A stretch of DNA of 64,000 nucleotides from a virus. Its lineage: Duplodnaviria; Caudoviricetes. This document shows positions 55,164-64,000 of the stretch, piece after piece. Position 1 is the stretch's first letter, and each line of letters starts with the position of its first letter. Below the pieces are notes generated by a model that was not told the origin of the DNA, ran no database searches, and saw only the letters and a list, made by a program, of their open reading frames with translations. The DNA lies in IMG/VR virus record IMGVR_UViG_3300037478_000510, positions 4,092 to 68,091 of that record; one strand, written 5' to 3'. A program made the translations under genes and the position numbers.

Positions 55164-56666
55164 ATGAAGACTCTAAATGAAGTTGTTGCCGCATTTCCTG
55201 ATTCCGTTCGCGATAGGTTTGACTTCACCCAAGCGGTGTATGCGGGCGCCTTGGCGCGGATCGAGAAAGTCATTTGTCCAGATCATGGCGAGTTCAGTCA
55301 GTATGCCGCGCAGTTTCGCAAGGGACGGGGTTGTCCGCAGTGTGGGCATGACGAGCGTGGCAAAAATCGTCGCATGCTGCCTGAGCACTATTTCAGGGAT
55401 GTGCGCGAATTCCACGGGAACAAATACCGGTACGACGAGTCATCGTTCAAGACTATGCAATCGAGGGTTCGGCTGACATGTCCGTCGCACGGTGATTTCA
55501 CCATAAACGCCGCCAAGCATTACTACGCCAAGCAGGGTTGCGGTCTGTGCGAAACCGAGCGAAAGAAAGAGCGTGTTCATCACATTCGTGCCTTGGCGCC
55601 AGCCGCAAAAATCAGGAATACTCAAGAGCATTTTTTTGACGACTGCAGAACGGTGCATGGCGGGCGCTATAAATACCCTGACGAGACCTACCTTGGTTCG
55701 CGCAAGTCGATACGCATCATTTGCGCCAAGCATGGCGAATTCACCCAGCATGCGCACAAACATCTGGCGGGGCAGGGCTGCCCCCGATGTGCCGCATATG
55801 ACCCAAAATGGGAGTCTGAACTGGGTGAGTACTTGGCGGATGCCGGGTTTTCTGTGGCGCGCAAGGCGAAGGTTTTGGATGGTCGTGAGATTGACCTGTA
55901 TATCGATGAGTTGAAGGTTGGGATTGAGTTGCACGGACTGCACTGGCATACCGAAGGAAAGCTGCCGAAGTATCATCATCGGGACAAGTGGGAGTGTGCC
56001 CAGAAGAAGGGTATTCGACTGATTCAGGTGTTTGAGGATGAGTGGGCGGACAAGCGGCCGATCGTCTTGAGCAGAATTGATGCCATTACCGGGCGGTCAC
56101 CGTCGGTGATGGGGCGTAAATGTGAAGTGGTGCGTCTGGACTCTCTTGAGGCGAGAAAGTTTTTGGAGGCTCATCACATTGACGGCTTTGCAAACACGAT
56201 GTTGCACTATGGCTTGACGCATCAGGGTGATTTGCTGGGGGTGGCCAGCTTCGGTAAGCGTGCGCTCGGGCGCCCGGACCAGTGGAGTGAGTGGGAACAT
56301 ATTCGCTATGCATCAAAGAATCGCGTGGTGGGCGGTTTTTCCAAAATACTGAAGCGGTTTTTATCTGATTCCGGTGCGGAACGCCTTATCAGTTACTGTG
56401 ACCTTCGGTATGGGGACGGCTCTCTGTATGAGGCATGTGGATTCAAATTGCTGGGTATCACAGGGCCGGATTATTGGTGGGTTCCGTCGGGCAAGGTTGA
56501 GCGGGTATCCAGATACCGGACCCGCAAGAACAGGTTGGCGGCGCACCCCGTACTGGGCAAGTTCTATGCTCCGGAGAAATCCGAGCGTGAGATTTGTCAG
56601 GCTGCTGGGTGGCTGCGAATTTTTGGCGTCGGCCACCAACGCTGGCTGTTTACGACGAACACTTAA
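55164..56666 (+). CDS. free-standing homing-type endonuclease (repeated CxxHG.F/CxxC units + Vsr/EDxHD-like nuclease + C-terminal GNAT-like domain)
   Basis: Three CP.HG.F...GCP.C units; EIDLYI...IELHG.HWH...K...A..KGIRLIQVFEDEW; lower GC. Domain labels are by eye. Confidence 0.75.
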   Translation: MKTLNEVVAAFPDSVRDRFDFTQAVYAGALARIEKVICPDHGEFSQYAAQFRKGRGCPQCGHDERGKNRRMLPEHYFRDVREFHGNKYRYDESSFKTMQSRVRLTCPSHGDFTINAAKHYYAKQGCGLCETERKKERVHHIRALAPAAKIRNTQEHFFDDCRTVHGGRYKYPDETYLGSRKSIRIICAKHGEFTQHAHKHLAGQGCPRCAAYDPKWESELGEYLADAGFSVARKAKVLDGREIDLYIDELKVGIELHGLHWHTEGKLPKYHHRDKWECAQKKGIRLIQVFEDEWADKRPIVLSRIDAITGRSPSVMGRKCEVVRLDSLEARKFLEAHHIDGFANTMLHYGLTHQGDLLGVASFGKRALGRPDQWSEWEHIRYASKNRVVGGFSKILKRFLSDSGAERLISYCDLRYGDGSLYEACGFKLLGITGPDYWWVPSGKVERVSRYRTRKNRLAAHPVLGKFYAPEKSEREICQAAGWLRIFGVGHQRWLFTTNT

Positions 56667-56676
56667 CACTCTTCTC

Positions 56677-56692
56677 CCTGACATGCTATAGT
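56677..56692 (+). promoter_or_regulatory. extended -10 promoter with the TGACATG motif
   Basis: CCTGACATG-C-TATAGT upstream of the next late gene. Confidence 0.5.
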
Positions 56693-56715
56693 CAAGCCGT
56701 TCCGGGGTAACCTCA

Positions 56716-56768
56716 GCCATTCGGACGACCCGGCGACTGCATACAGACCGGATGGCGACTCGTATGCG
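56716..56768 (+). ncRNA. candidate cis-regulatory pseudoknot RNA
   Basis: GCCATTCGG/CCGGATGGC stem; loop TGCATAC pairs with the downstream GTATGCG next to the RBS. Confidence 0.45.
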
Positions 56769-56779
56769 AGGACTACAGC

Positions 56780-57415
56780 ATGGCGAATTCCACTTGGTCT
56801 GGGCCGATCCGTACTGAGGGCGGCATCCAGTTCGTTTCCGTTGATCCCAATACCGGCGCCGAAACCGTCACCGAAATCGTTGACGAGAGCGGCAATCTGG
56901 TCGCTGCCACCATGGCCACCGACGCCGTTACCGCCGAGCATGCGGCCGGCGCCATCGGCACCGGGGTGGCTCCGGTCACCCGGCGCTGGACCGAGAATGG
57001 CGTCATCATCACCCAGATCAAGATCGACCTGGCGGGTCTGGCCAGTGTGGCGACGGCCAACGATGTAATCGGCCTGGCGGCGGGTGGTGTGGCCTACATC
57101 GGCCGCAATGTGGTGGCCAGCAACGGCGTCATCTACGCGATTGAGATGGTCTGCGTCGAGACTCCGGTGGGCGGCGACGATGATGTGAACCTGGTGGCCA
57201 ACTCCAGCGGCACGCTGGAATACGACGGCGCGGGCGGCACCACCTACGGCATCAACGGCGGCGATGCCTTGGCCGGGCAGGTGATTTCGAACACCGTGCA
57301 GGGCCTGACCGCCAACCACTACTTCTACCTGACGGCCGGAACCGGCGACACGGCGGCGGCCTACACGGCGGGTCAATTCATCATCACCATGTACGGTCAC
57401 CCGGTCCTGACCTGA
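56780..57415 (+). CDS. head-associated structural protein
   Basis: MANSTWSGPIR.E.G N-terminus, typical of genes following this MCP type. Confidence 0.7.
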   Translation: MANSTWSGPIRTEGGIQFVSVDPNTGAETVTEIVDESGNLVAATMATDAVTAEHAAGAIGTGVAPVTRRWTENGVIITQIKIDLAGLASVATANDVIGLAAGGVAYIGRNVVASNGVIYAIEMVCVETPVGGDDDVNLVANSSGTLEYDGAGGTTYGINGGDALAGQVISNTVQGLTANHYFYLTAGTGDTAAAYTAGQFIITMYGHPVLT

Positions 57416-57428
57416 TAGGAGGTGTCCC

Positions 57429-57578
57429 ATGCGGATGATTCATCAGCATACACCGGGCGCCAACGGCGAGTCGGTGAAGAAGGTTGCCCGTAAGGCGACG
57501 AAGAAGGCAACGAAGAAGGTTGTCCAGAAGAAGGCGGCCAAAAAGAAAGTCGTCAAGAAAGCCGGGAGCAAGAAATGA
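57429..57578 (+). CDS. 49-aa Lys/Ala-rich histone-H1-like peptide (not in the ORF track)
   Basis: AGGAGG RBS; KKVARKATKKATKKVVQKKAAKKKVVKKAGSKK; TGA overlaps the next ATG. Confidence 0.7.
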   Translation: MRMIHQHTPGANGESVKKVARKATKKATKKVVQKKAAKKKVVKKAGSKK

Positions 57579-57898
57579 GCACGCGCGAGGCCAACGGCAC
57601 GCTGGATGCGGACGGCTCCACCACCGAAATCCTCTGCACCGGCTGGTGTACTCTGTGGGCGATCGGCGATTTCGGCGGCGGCACTCTGACCTGGCAGCAC
57701 AAAGGCATGGACGGCGCGTGGCGCTCGATCTATTCGGGCTCCACCGGCGAGACCGAGCAAGCCTTCACCGCCAACCACATGCAGAACGCCTTCTTCGGCA
57801 ACGACACCCATGTCCGTGGCACGCTGGATGGAAGTACCAGTCCCGACCTGGATTGGGAGATTCGCGGCAATCCGGCCAATCGCGGCTCGGCCAACTGA
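57575..57898 (+). CDS. small structural protein
   Basis: ATGA coupling; beta-rich. Confidence 0.65.
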   Translation: MSTREANGTLDADGSTTEILCTGWCTLWAIGDFGGGTLTWQHKGMDGAWRSIYSGSTGETEQAFTANHMQNAFFGNDTHVRGTLDGSTSPDLDWEIRGNPANRGSAN

Positions 57899-57910
57899 CG
57901 GAGGCGTGAC

Positions 57911-59143
57911 ATGTTCAGTTCGGTAATCCCTCCCGGCGGCGGCAAGGGCGGCGGCGTTAGTGAGGTGGTCGAGCAGTACGTCACCCAGAACCTGCTCGGC
58001 AATCAACTCATCTCCGGCAGTGCGGTGTGGCTGACCGGCCTGACCTTCCAAGTTTCGGATTGCATCTTCTCGATCGACGGCCAGTTGTACACCAGCGCGG
58101 CCGAGCAGGTGACGCTGGGCGCGGCTGACGGCTCGAATCCACGCATCGATGTGATCGCGGTGAATATCGACGGCACCGCCGATGTGGTGGCCGGGACGGC
58201 GGCCGCTGACCCGGTCAAGCCGGAGACCGATCCGAACACCCAGGTCGAGGTGACCTTCGTGCTGGTGGCGACCGGCGCGACTACACCATCGAATGTCAGC
58301 AACGAGGATGTCTACCTCGAAAATACCGAATGGACCAGTGCGGAGTCCGGCGCCACCGTCGATCCGGATGACACCTCCGACCCCCAGACCGACACCAAGG
58401 CGGTGCTGTTCGACGCGGCCGGGGATGCCGATTTCCTGACCCTGACCGACAGCGTCAGCCATGCCGGGTCCGAGTTCGACGCGCTGTTCTTCTCGATCAA
58501 AAACACCGTGGCGGGCACCACCACCCGCAACCGGCTGCGGATTGCCCTGTACGACACGGCCAACCGGGTCTCCGACTGGATCGACCTGCGGCCCAACCAG
58601 TACGGCTTCGACGCGGCGGATGTGGCGGATTACCAGTTGATTCAGATTCCGCTGACCGACTTCAGTCCGAGCGCGCCGTTCAACCGGATTCGCTTTCAGG
58701 TCGAGGCGGCGGGGGCCGGAACGCTCAGTTTCCTTTTGGACGACATCAAGCTGCAGTCCGGGGCGCCGGTTACCAGCAACCCGCAATATGCCCGCATCGA
58801 CCAGTCAAACGCCTTCACCAAGGCGCAGGGCAGCGCGATCACCGTCTTAACCGACGCCGCTACTGTGGCGTGGGACATGTCGGTGGGGAATGTGTTCCAA
58901 CTGACCTTGGGCGGCAACCGTACCATCGCGGCGCCGACCGGCATCATTCCCGGCTTCACCTACAACCTGTTCCTGTATCAGAGCACCGGTAGCCACACGG
59001 CGACATGGAATTCGGTGTTCAAGTGGGCGGGTGGGGTGGCGCCGACGCTTTCAACCGACGCCGGTGCGGTGGACGTTCTGAGTTTCATGGCGGACGCCAG
59101 TGGCAACCTGCACGGCACGCTGGGTATTCTGGACAGTCAGTAA
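57911..59143 (+). CDS. tail fibre/structural protein
   Basis: GGAGG RBS; PRID motif; C-terminal LTDAATVAWD...F.LTLGGNRT...G...W...FKW.GG..PTLST...AVD. Confidence 0.7.
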   Translation: MFSSVIPPGGGKGGGVSEVVEQYVTQNLLGNQLISGSAVWLTGLTFQVSDCIFSIDGQLYTSAAEQVTLGAADGSNPRIDVIAVNIDGTADVVAGTAAADPVKPETDPNTQVEVTFVLVATGATTPSNVSNEDVYLENTEWTSAESGATVDPDDTSDPQTDTKAVLFDAAGDADFLTLTDSVSHAGSEFDALFFSIKNTVAGTTTRNRLRIALYDTANRVSDWIDLRPNQYGFDAADVADYQLIQIPLTDFSPSAPFNRIRFQVEAAGAGTLSFLLDDIKLQSGAPVTSNPQYARIDQSNAFTKAQGSAITVLTDAATVAWDMSVGNVFQLTLGGNRTIAAPTGIIPGFTYNLFLYQSTGSHTATWNSVFKWAGGVAPTLSTDAGAVDVLSFMADASGNLHGTLGILDSQ

Positions 59144-60387
59144 TGTTCACCTACCCGCTGTACAGTGATGGTGGTGGCGGCCTGCCGGTTAGCTTTATCG
59201 AGTTTTCCTGTCCAACCTCGACGGGCAACATAGATATCACGGCTGACCTCGGCGGAGCAACGCCCAAGTTAGCGATTTTCATGCTTACCGGACACAGGTT
59301 TTCGCAAGACCCAAACCACAGCGGCACGGTACACATTGGGCTTTCTGCCTGTACAGCAACAAGTTCAATTAGTTCCTCAATGTCCGCAGCGAACAATTCA
59401 GCAGCTTCAAATTCAGCAAGGCAACTGAATGCCGGTGCTGTTTGCCACTTGCTCGATGAGAACGCAAATCTTTTAAGCCGGGCTTCGTTTGTATCGTTTA
59501 TCTCGGATGGCGTGCGCCTTAACTTCACCGTGGCCCCCGCACTTGCCCTTGCTGGCGTCGTTTGGTTTTTCTACGGGAGCGCTGTGTCGGCAGCCTGTGG
59601 ACGGGTAGAGTTGGATGGGGCAGTAGGGTCAAGGTCCGTTACAGGACTTGGGTTTGAGCCAGACCTGATTCTAATGAGTAATTCGGGTGATAATAATGCC
59701 GCAGGCAATCAAACAACCGGAATATTCGGGTTTGGTGCTACAGACGGAACTAGTGAGGCCGCCGTTCATCTTGGCGCGGTAGACGGGGACGCAACCGGCG
59801 CATGTAATCAGGCAATCCGCGACGATGCCATATTAAGCCTGTATTCCACGGTTACCGGCAATGCGTTGTGGAAGGTATCGTTTACGTCGTTTGATGCTGA
59901 CGGGTTTACTGTCAACATGGACACGGACCCCAGCGCAAGCCGGGAAGTATTGTGGATTGCCATCGAAATCGATGGGGCGCAGATAGGACTGATCCCCGTC
60001 GATACACCTACTGTTACCGGTAATCAAGCGTACACCGGAATGGGCTTCAGGCCAGATGCCGTGATGGGTTGGGTTACAACGCAAGAGGCGGTGAATCCTG
60101 CCAGCCCCATTTCCAGATCGACAACCCTAGCTGGCGGTAGTGGGTTTTTCATTTTCAATTCCACCGTCGAATGGGCGGCGAGTTGGTGCCATTCGGACGA
60201 CGGATTGACTACAGGCAACTCCGATTTGAAGGCGGCTGCACTAAGACTTGGTGATGGTACAGAGGGCGGGACGGGGGCCGTTGCTGCGTCACTGAACAGC
60301 ATGGACGCCGATGGCTTCACCCTGAACTATTCGGTGGTGCTTGGTGCCGCGAAAAAGGGCTGGGCACTGGGGCTGAAAATGCCATGA
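59143..60387 (+). CDS. structural protein with internal repeats (G....TGLGF.PD, SFD.DGFT.N)
   Basis: TAATG coupling; repeated modules; lower GC than its neighbours. Confidence 0.7.
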   Translation: MFTYPLYSDGGGGLPVSFIEFSCPTSTGNIDITADLGGATPKLAIFMLTGHRFSQDPNHSGTVHIGLSACTATSSISSSMSAANNSAASNSARQLNAGAVCHLLDENANLLSRASFVSFISDGVRLNFTVAPALALAGVVWFFYGSAVSAACGRVELDGAVGSRSVTGLGFEPDLILMSNSGDNNAAGNQTTGIFGFGATDGTSEAAVHLGAVDGDATGACNQAIRDDAILSLYSTVTGNALWKVSFTSFDADGFTVNMDTDPSASREVLWIAIEIDGAQIGLIPVDTPTVTGNQAYTGMGFRPDAVMGWVTTQEAVNPASPISRSTTLAGGSGFFIFNSTVEWAASWCHSDDGLTTGNSDLKAAALRLGDGTEGGTGAVAASLNSMDADGFTLNYSVVLGAAKKGWALGLKMP

Positions 60388-60449
60388 GAATCCTCCTCGC
60401 CGCCAAGCACGCCCCCAACGGCAAGCGCCCGATCGGCGGCAGCCCCTAA
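60384..60449 (+). pseudogene. 21-codon remnant resembling a GT-B glycosyltransferase N-terminus
   Basis: MRILLAAKHAPNGKRPIGGSP*; ATGA-coupled to the upstream gene. Confidence 0.35.
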
Positions 60450-60521
60450 CATGAGGCTTGTATTGCTGCTACACTGTGCCTGACATGTTAAAATAGAATA
60501 AATTGGCTAAATCAAGCACTT

Positions 60522-61049
60522 TTGCAAGGGGCGCGGCAATTGGAGCATAATCAGAAAACCCACGACGAGAGGCGGGTTCACCCGGCGGTCAAGTACGTGA
60601 CTTGGAGCGCAATCGTCAGTGCCATTCCCTTGATCCTGGTGATTCACCAGATCAATCTCGCCTATGTGGATTACCACTTGGACCTGATCTCACGCTGGTG
60701 GACTGACCACATCCCTGCTTACACCCGTGAAGAATCTGATCAACGCTACGCCCGCCGCACCGACTTTCTGACGGTTGTTGAAGCGGACGAGATCAAGAAA
60801 CAGGTCAAGGAAACATCTGACATGGCCAAGGACAGCGCCAAAAAACTCGATTCCGTGCTGATTACCGGCGCCATTCAGTTGGTGATTGCAGCCGAGCAGA
60901 ACTTGCAGTCCATTGAAGATAACCCGCAACCCACCCGTGAGTGGCGCGAACGCCGCGATGAGGCGCGTGAACGCCTGACCAAGGCGCGTGAGTATAAGGA
61001 TTGCTTGATCGCTGAGCGCGATCGTTGTGACGCTTTGCGGGTCTGGTAA
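60522..61049 (+). CDS. membrane-anchored coiled-coil protein (start may be TTG 60540)
   Basis: One hydrophobic segment followed by a coiled coil; extended -10 TG-T-TAAAAT upstream (60486-94). Confidence 0.6.
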   Translation: MQGARQLEHNQKTHDERRVHPAVKYVTWSAIVSAIPLILVIHQINLAYVDYHLDLISRWWTDHIPAYTREESDQRYARRTDFLTVVEADEIKKQVKETSDMAKDSAKKLDSVLITGAIQLVIAAEQNLQSIEDNPQPTREWRERRDEARERLTKAREYKDCLIAERDRCDALRVW

Positions 61050-61110
61050 ACGGCGGTCCCCTTCATTTGGAAATCCAACTCCCCACGGGAAGGAGGAACT
61101 CTCTTTGAAA

Positions 61111-63252
61111 ATGCTCGATACAGTGGGGGCCGCCTACATTGGCGCGCTCTGCGGGGTGATTGCCCTTTTCACGTCACCAGTGTTTGCCCAACAGCCGTTG
61201 AAAATTGCCGAGCATGTCGCCGAACGGGTGGTGGTGGATCGATCGATCACCATCCACGAGCCGGGCGCTACGTTCATCAAGGTCCACTTCGAGGCCGTCC
61301 GCTCGCCCGTCAAGGTCTGCAGCCCCGGACCAAGGGGCACCTGTAGTGGCAGCCGTGAGGTGAGGAAAATCGCCCCCGGGCAATACAAGCAGATGACTCG
61401 CCACGGCGAGCATGTAGCCGCCCTATCCATCGAGGGCGATACCGTCATTGTGGAACTTTTGGGCCGTGGCAACGTGACCATTGTCGGTTGGGACAAGGGT
61501 TGGACCGAGCAGCAGATTCAGGCGAACAACCCGACGACCGAGACGTTCTGCGGTGTGGACGATTCCCGGCCCATCGAGTGCTACAAAGATAGCGAGCCGG
61601 CGGTATATGAGCGCGCCCGTCCGGTGGGAAAACTTCTGATCGCTGGTGGAGGCTCGTGTACCACGGGGCGTTATGGTGAGGGCAACATGATGATCACCAA
61701 CAATCATTGCATGCGCCAGCCGGAAACAATCGCTGCCTCCGAAGTGTGGTTTGACTGGAAGTACACCACCTGCGGCGGAACCACGATCAACCCCGCCTTC
61801 AAGGTTCCGGCCGATCAATTGCTGGTGACCGATTTTGCCTACGATTTCACCTTGTTCACGGTGGTCGACTCCCCCGAGCTGCAGGCGCATGGCTGGCTCG
61901 GCCTGGACGTTTCGCTGCCGGAAAAGGACGAGGAGTTATACATCGTCAACCATCTTCTCGGCAGGCCGCAGTCTGGGCTGCGCGCCAGTGATATGAACAC
62001 CAGCGGCGTGTGCCAGGTGGACATCCCGAGTTATTACGGCCGTGCCCCGGATTCCGATTTCGGCTTTTACTGCGACTCGGAGGGCGGTCAGTCGGGCGCG
62101 CCGGTTTCCAACTACGCCAATCATCGGGTGTTCGGCCTGCATCATTTCGGCAACGTCGGCCGTGACGGAACGTGCGCCAATGGCGCGGTAAAGATGTCGC
62201 AAATTTGGCCTTTCATAAGCCCGTTCTTTGGTGGCGTGGTGCCCTTGGGTGACAACGAAGCGGAGGTAGAGCGCCCGAAATCGGTGCCCGCGGCGTCCTG
62301 CGTCGACAACGTGTGCCAGTACAGCGGTGAAGGGAGCATCGGCGACAGCTTCATGTGGACCCTGGGCGACGGCACCTACTCCTATGAGTTGAGCGGCACG
62401 CACACCTACACGGCACCGGGCAATGTGCAGTTGTCGTTGTTTGCCACAAAGAACGGCGTAACGGATGTGCAGTCGGTTGTGGTCAAGGTGATCGTGCCTG
62501 GTTGGAACGAGCCACCGCGCAGCCGCTTTACCTACACCGTTGACGGTTTGACCGCGCACTTTCAGGATGTCAGCGAGGATGTGGACGGCGAGGTGGTGGC
62601 GTGGACGTGGCGCATTCGCGACCCCATCGACAACGTGCGGCATGAGTACTACACCGCAACGGTCGACCACACGTTCGAAGGCTCCGGCGAGAAGAAATAC
62701 GTGGACCTGACGGTCACGGACGACGGCGGCAAGCGCAGCAGCACATATTTTGCGTACATCGATATCCCTGAGCCAACCCCCGACCCCTGTGGCAACGGCA
62801 CTTGCGACACGGATGAGACTTGGGAGTCCTGTCCTGCCGACTGCCCACCGCCGCCCGATCCGTGCGGGAATGGCGTGTGCGATGCGGGCGAGACGTACCT
62901 GACCTGCCCGGTTGATTGCCCACCCCCTGAGCCGACGTGTGGTGATGGCGAATGCAACGGTAGCGAGACGCACGCTACGTGCCCGGCTGACTGCGAAGCA
63001 CCACCGCCAGTCGTCAAGCCCATCTGGTTGACTGTGGTAGGCGGAGAGCGCCAGCCACCCTATTTCAAGGCACATTTCGAGTGGGGCGACGTGCAGGGCG
63101 AGAGTGTGACTTTGCGTGGAGAGAGGCAGACCAAGGTGACGCCCAACGACGGCAACGAAACGCTGACGCTGCACAACCGCGACCGTGGGACTTACTGGAG
63201 GCTCTGTGACCTGAGTAACCGCTGCTCCAACACCGTGCGCGTGGACTACTGA
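61111..63252 (+). CDS. secreted-type trypsin-like serine protease with PKD domains and Cys-rich repeats
   Basis: Signal peptide (...SPVFA-QQ); triad ITNNHC / DFTLF / EGGQSGAPV; two PKD-like domains; three CG(N/D)G.C...ET...CP.DC repeats; AGGAGG RBS (TTG 61105 is an alternative start). Confidence 0.85.
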   Translation: MLDTVGAAYIGALCGVIALFTSPVFAQQPLKIAEHVAERVVVDRSITIHEPGATFIKVHFEAVRSPVKVCSPGPRGTCSGSREVRKIAPGQYKQMTRHGEHVAALSIEGDTVIVELLGRGNVTIVGWDKGWTEQQIQANNPTTETFCGVDDSRPIECYKDSEPAVYERARPVGKLLIAGGGSCTTGRYGEGNMMITNNHCMRQPETIAASEVWFDWKYTTCGGTTINPAFKVPADQLLVTDFAYDFTLFTVVDSPELQAHGWLGLDVSLPEKDEELYIVNHLLGRPQSGLRASDMNTSGVCQVDIPSYYGRAPDSDFGFYCDSEGGQSGAPVSNYANHRVFGLHHFGNVGRDGTCANGAVKMSQIWPFISPFFGGVVPLGDNEAEVERPKSVPAASCVDNVCQYSGEGSIGDSFMWTLGDGTYSYELSGTHTYTAPGNVQLSLFATKNGVTDVQSVVVKVIVPGWNEPPRSRFTYTVDGLTAHFQDVSEDVDGEVVAWTWRIRDPIDNVRHEYYTATVDHTFEGSGEKKYVDLTVTDDGGKRSSTYFAYIDIPEPTPDPCGNGTCDTDETWESCPADCPPPPDPCGNGVCDAGETYLTCPVDCPPPEPTCGDGECNGSETHATCPADCEAPPPVVKPIWLTVVGGERQPPYFKAHFEWGDVQGESVTLRGERQTKVTPNDGNETLTLHNRDRGTYWRLCDLSNRCSNTVRVDY

Positions 63253-63845
63253 TGAGCCACTTCATCCTCCTCCACGGCTTCAACGACAAGTCCGCGGGCG
63301 CGAATAACATCGACAAGGTGGCGCCGCTGTTGGAGGCAAAGGGCCACACGGTCGACCGCGATGGCGAGGACTACGGCCGTTTCGGGTTGCTGAAGGCCCG
63401 GTTTGCCCGGCATTCGGTGGTGTTGCGAGTGGTCGGGGCGATCCGCCGGGCGTTGGCCGATAACCTGGACGTGGTCGTCGTGGGGTACAGCAACGGCGCT
63501 AACTACGCACTCAAAGCCCTGCATCTGGTGTTTGTCGGCAAGGTCAAGCTGGTGCTGGTCCACCCGGCGGTCAGTACGAAATTTCAACTGCCCGAATCGG
63601 TCTCGCGCTGTTGGGTCTGCTACACCGATTCAGACTGGGCGGTCCGTGCCGCCTCCTATGTCGCCTGGCTTATTCCCGGTTGGGGCCGTGCCGGGGCGGT
63701 GGGCTACAAGGGCAGCGACCCGCGCATCGGCAATATCGATTACTCCGACGTGGCCGTAAGACATGGCGGGCTGTGGGTGGATGGTCCGCTGCAGTCATTC
63801 GCTGACGACCTGCATTACTTCGCATCTGTGGAGATAACACCATGA
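63252..63845 (+). CDS. alpha/beta-hydrolase-fold protein
   Basis: LLHGF oxyanion motif; GYSNG nucleophile elbow; distal H. Confidence 0.7.
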   Translation: MSHFILLHGFNDKSAGANNIDKVAPLLEAKGHTVDRDGEDYGRFGLLKARFARHSVVLRVVGAIRRALADNLDVVVVGYSNGANYALKALHLVFVGKVKLVLVHPAVSTKFQLPESVSRCWVCYTDSDWAVRAASYVAWLIPGWGRAGAVGYKGSDPRIGNIDYSDVAVRHGGLWVDGPLQSFADDLHYFASVEITP

Positions 63846-64000
63846 CCAAACGCACATTCTATAACTGGCTGGCATCGCTGCTGGTCATCCTGTACTGGTC
63901 CGTGGTGATCGGCTTCAGCCTGAGCGCTTCGGGGTGTGCCACGACGGACGCCAGTTACACCACACCAGACGGAACCAGCGTTACGTGGCAGTCGCGGACG
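63842..64000 (+). CDS. 5' part of a putative lipoprotein (truncated by the window)
   Basis: GGAG RBS; hydrophobic signal followed by the lipobox-like ASGC. Confidence 0.5.
   Translation, partial: MTKRTFYNWLASLLVILYWSVVIGFSLSASGCATTDASYTTPDGTSVTWQSRT

Overview
The window is most of a ~60% GC tailed dsDNA phage genome (short-tailed, P22-like virion architecture; probably a proteobacterial host). It appears circularly permuted and opens in the tail genes. Layout: tail and DNA-ejection genes including a 2724-aa polyvalent protein (1-17.3 kb, +); a leftward accessory/recombination operon (18.2-26.5 kb); RusA and a Twinkle/T7-gp4-like primase-helicase (26.6-29.5 kb, +); leftward early accessory genes with a MoxR-VWA module (29.4-40.5 kb); a non-coding control region around terS (40.5-43 kb); terminase with intein, portal, GroES, scaffold and capsid (46-55 kb); a free-standing endonuclease gene; head/tail accessory genes; and a secreted-type serine protease and a hydrolase (61-64 kb). 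The best finding is a TIGR-Tas-type RNA-guided system. A nuclease-free Nop/IS110-C-terminal-like gene (TasA-like, 21318-22169) is followed directly by an array of 33 alternating 10-nt repeats with 7-9-nt unique spacers (20719-21306; ~36-nt unit, ~16 units). Also notable: a near-canonical XerCD dif site (41849-41876), three perfect DnaA boxes, several unexplained long hairpins or structured RNA candidates, and a 9-mer (TGACATGTT) found 10 times. No integrase, DNA polymerase, tRNA or CRISPR array was recognised. All family assignments come from motif recognition by eye, not from database searches.
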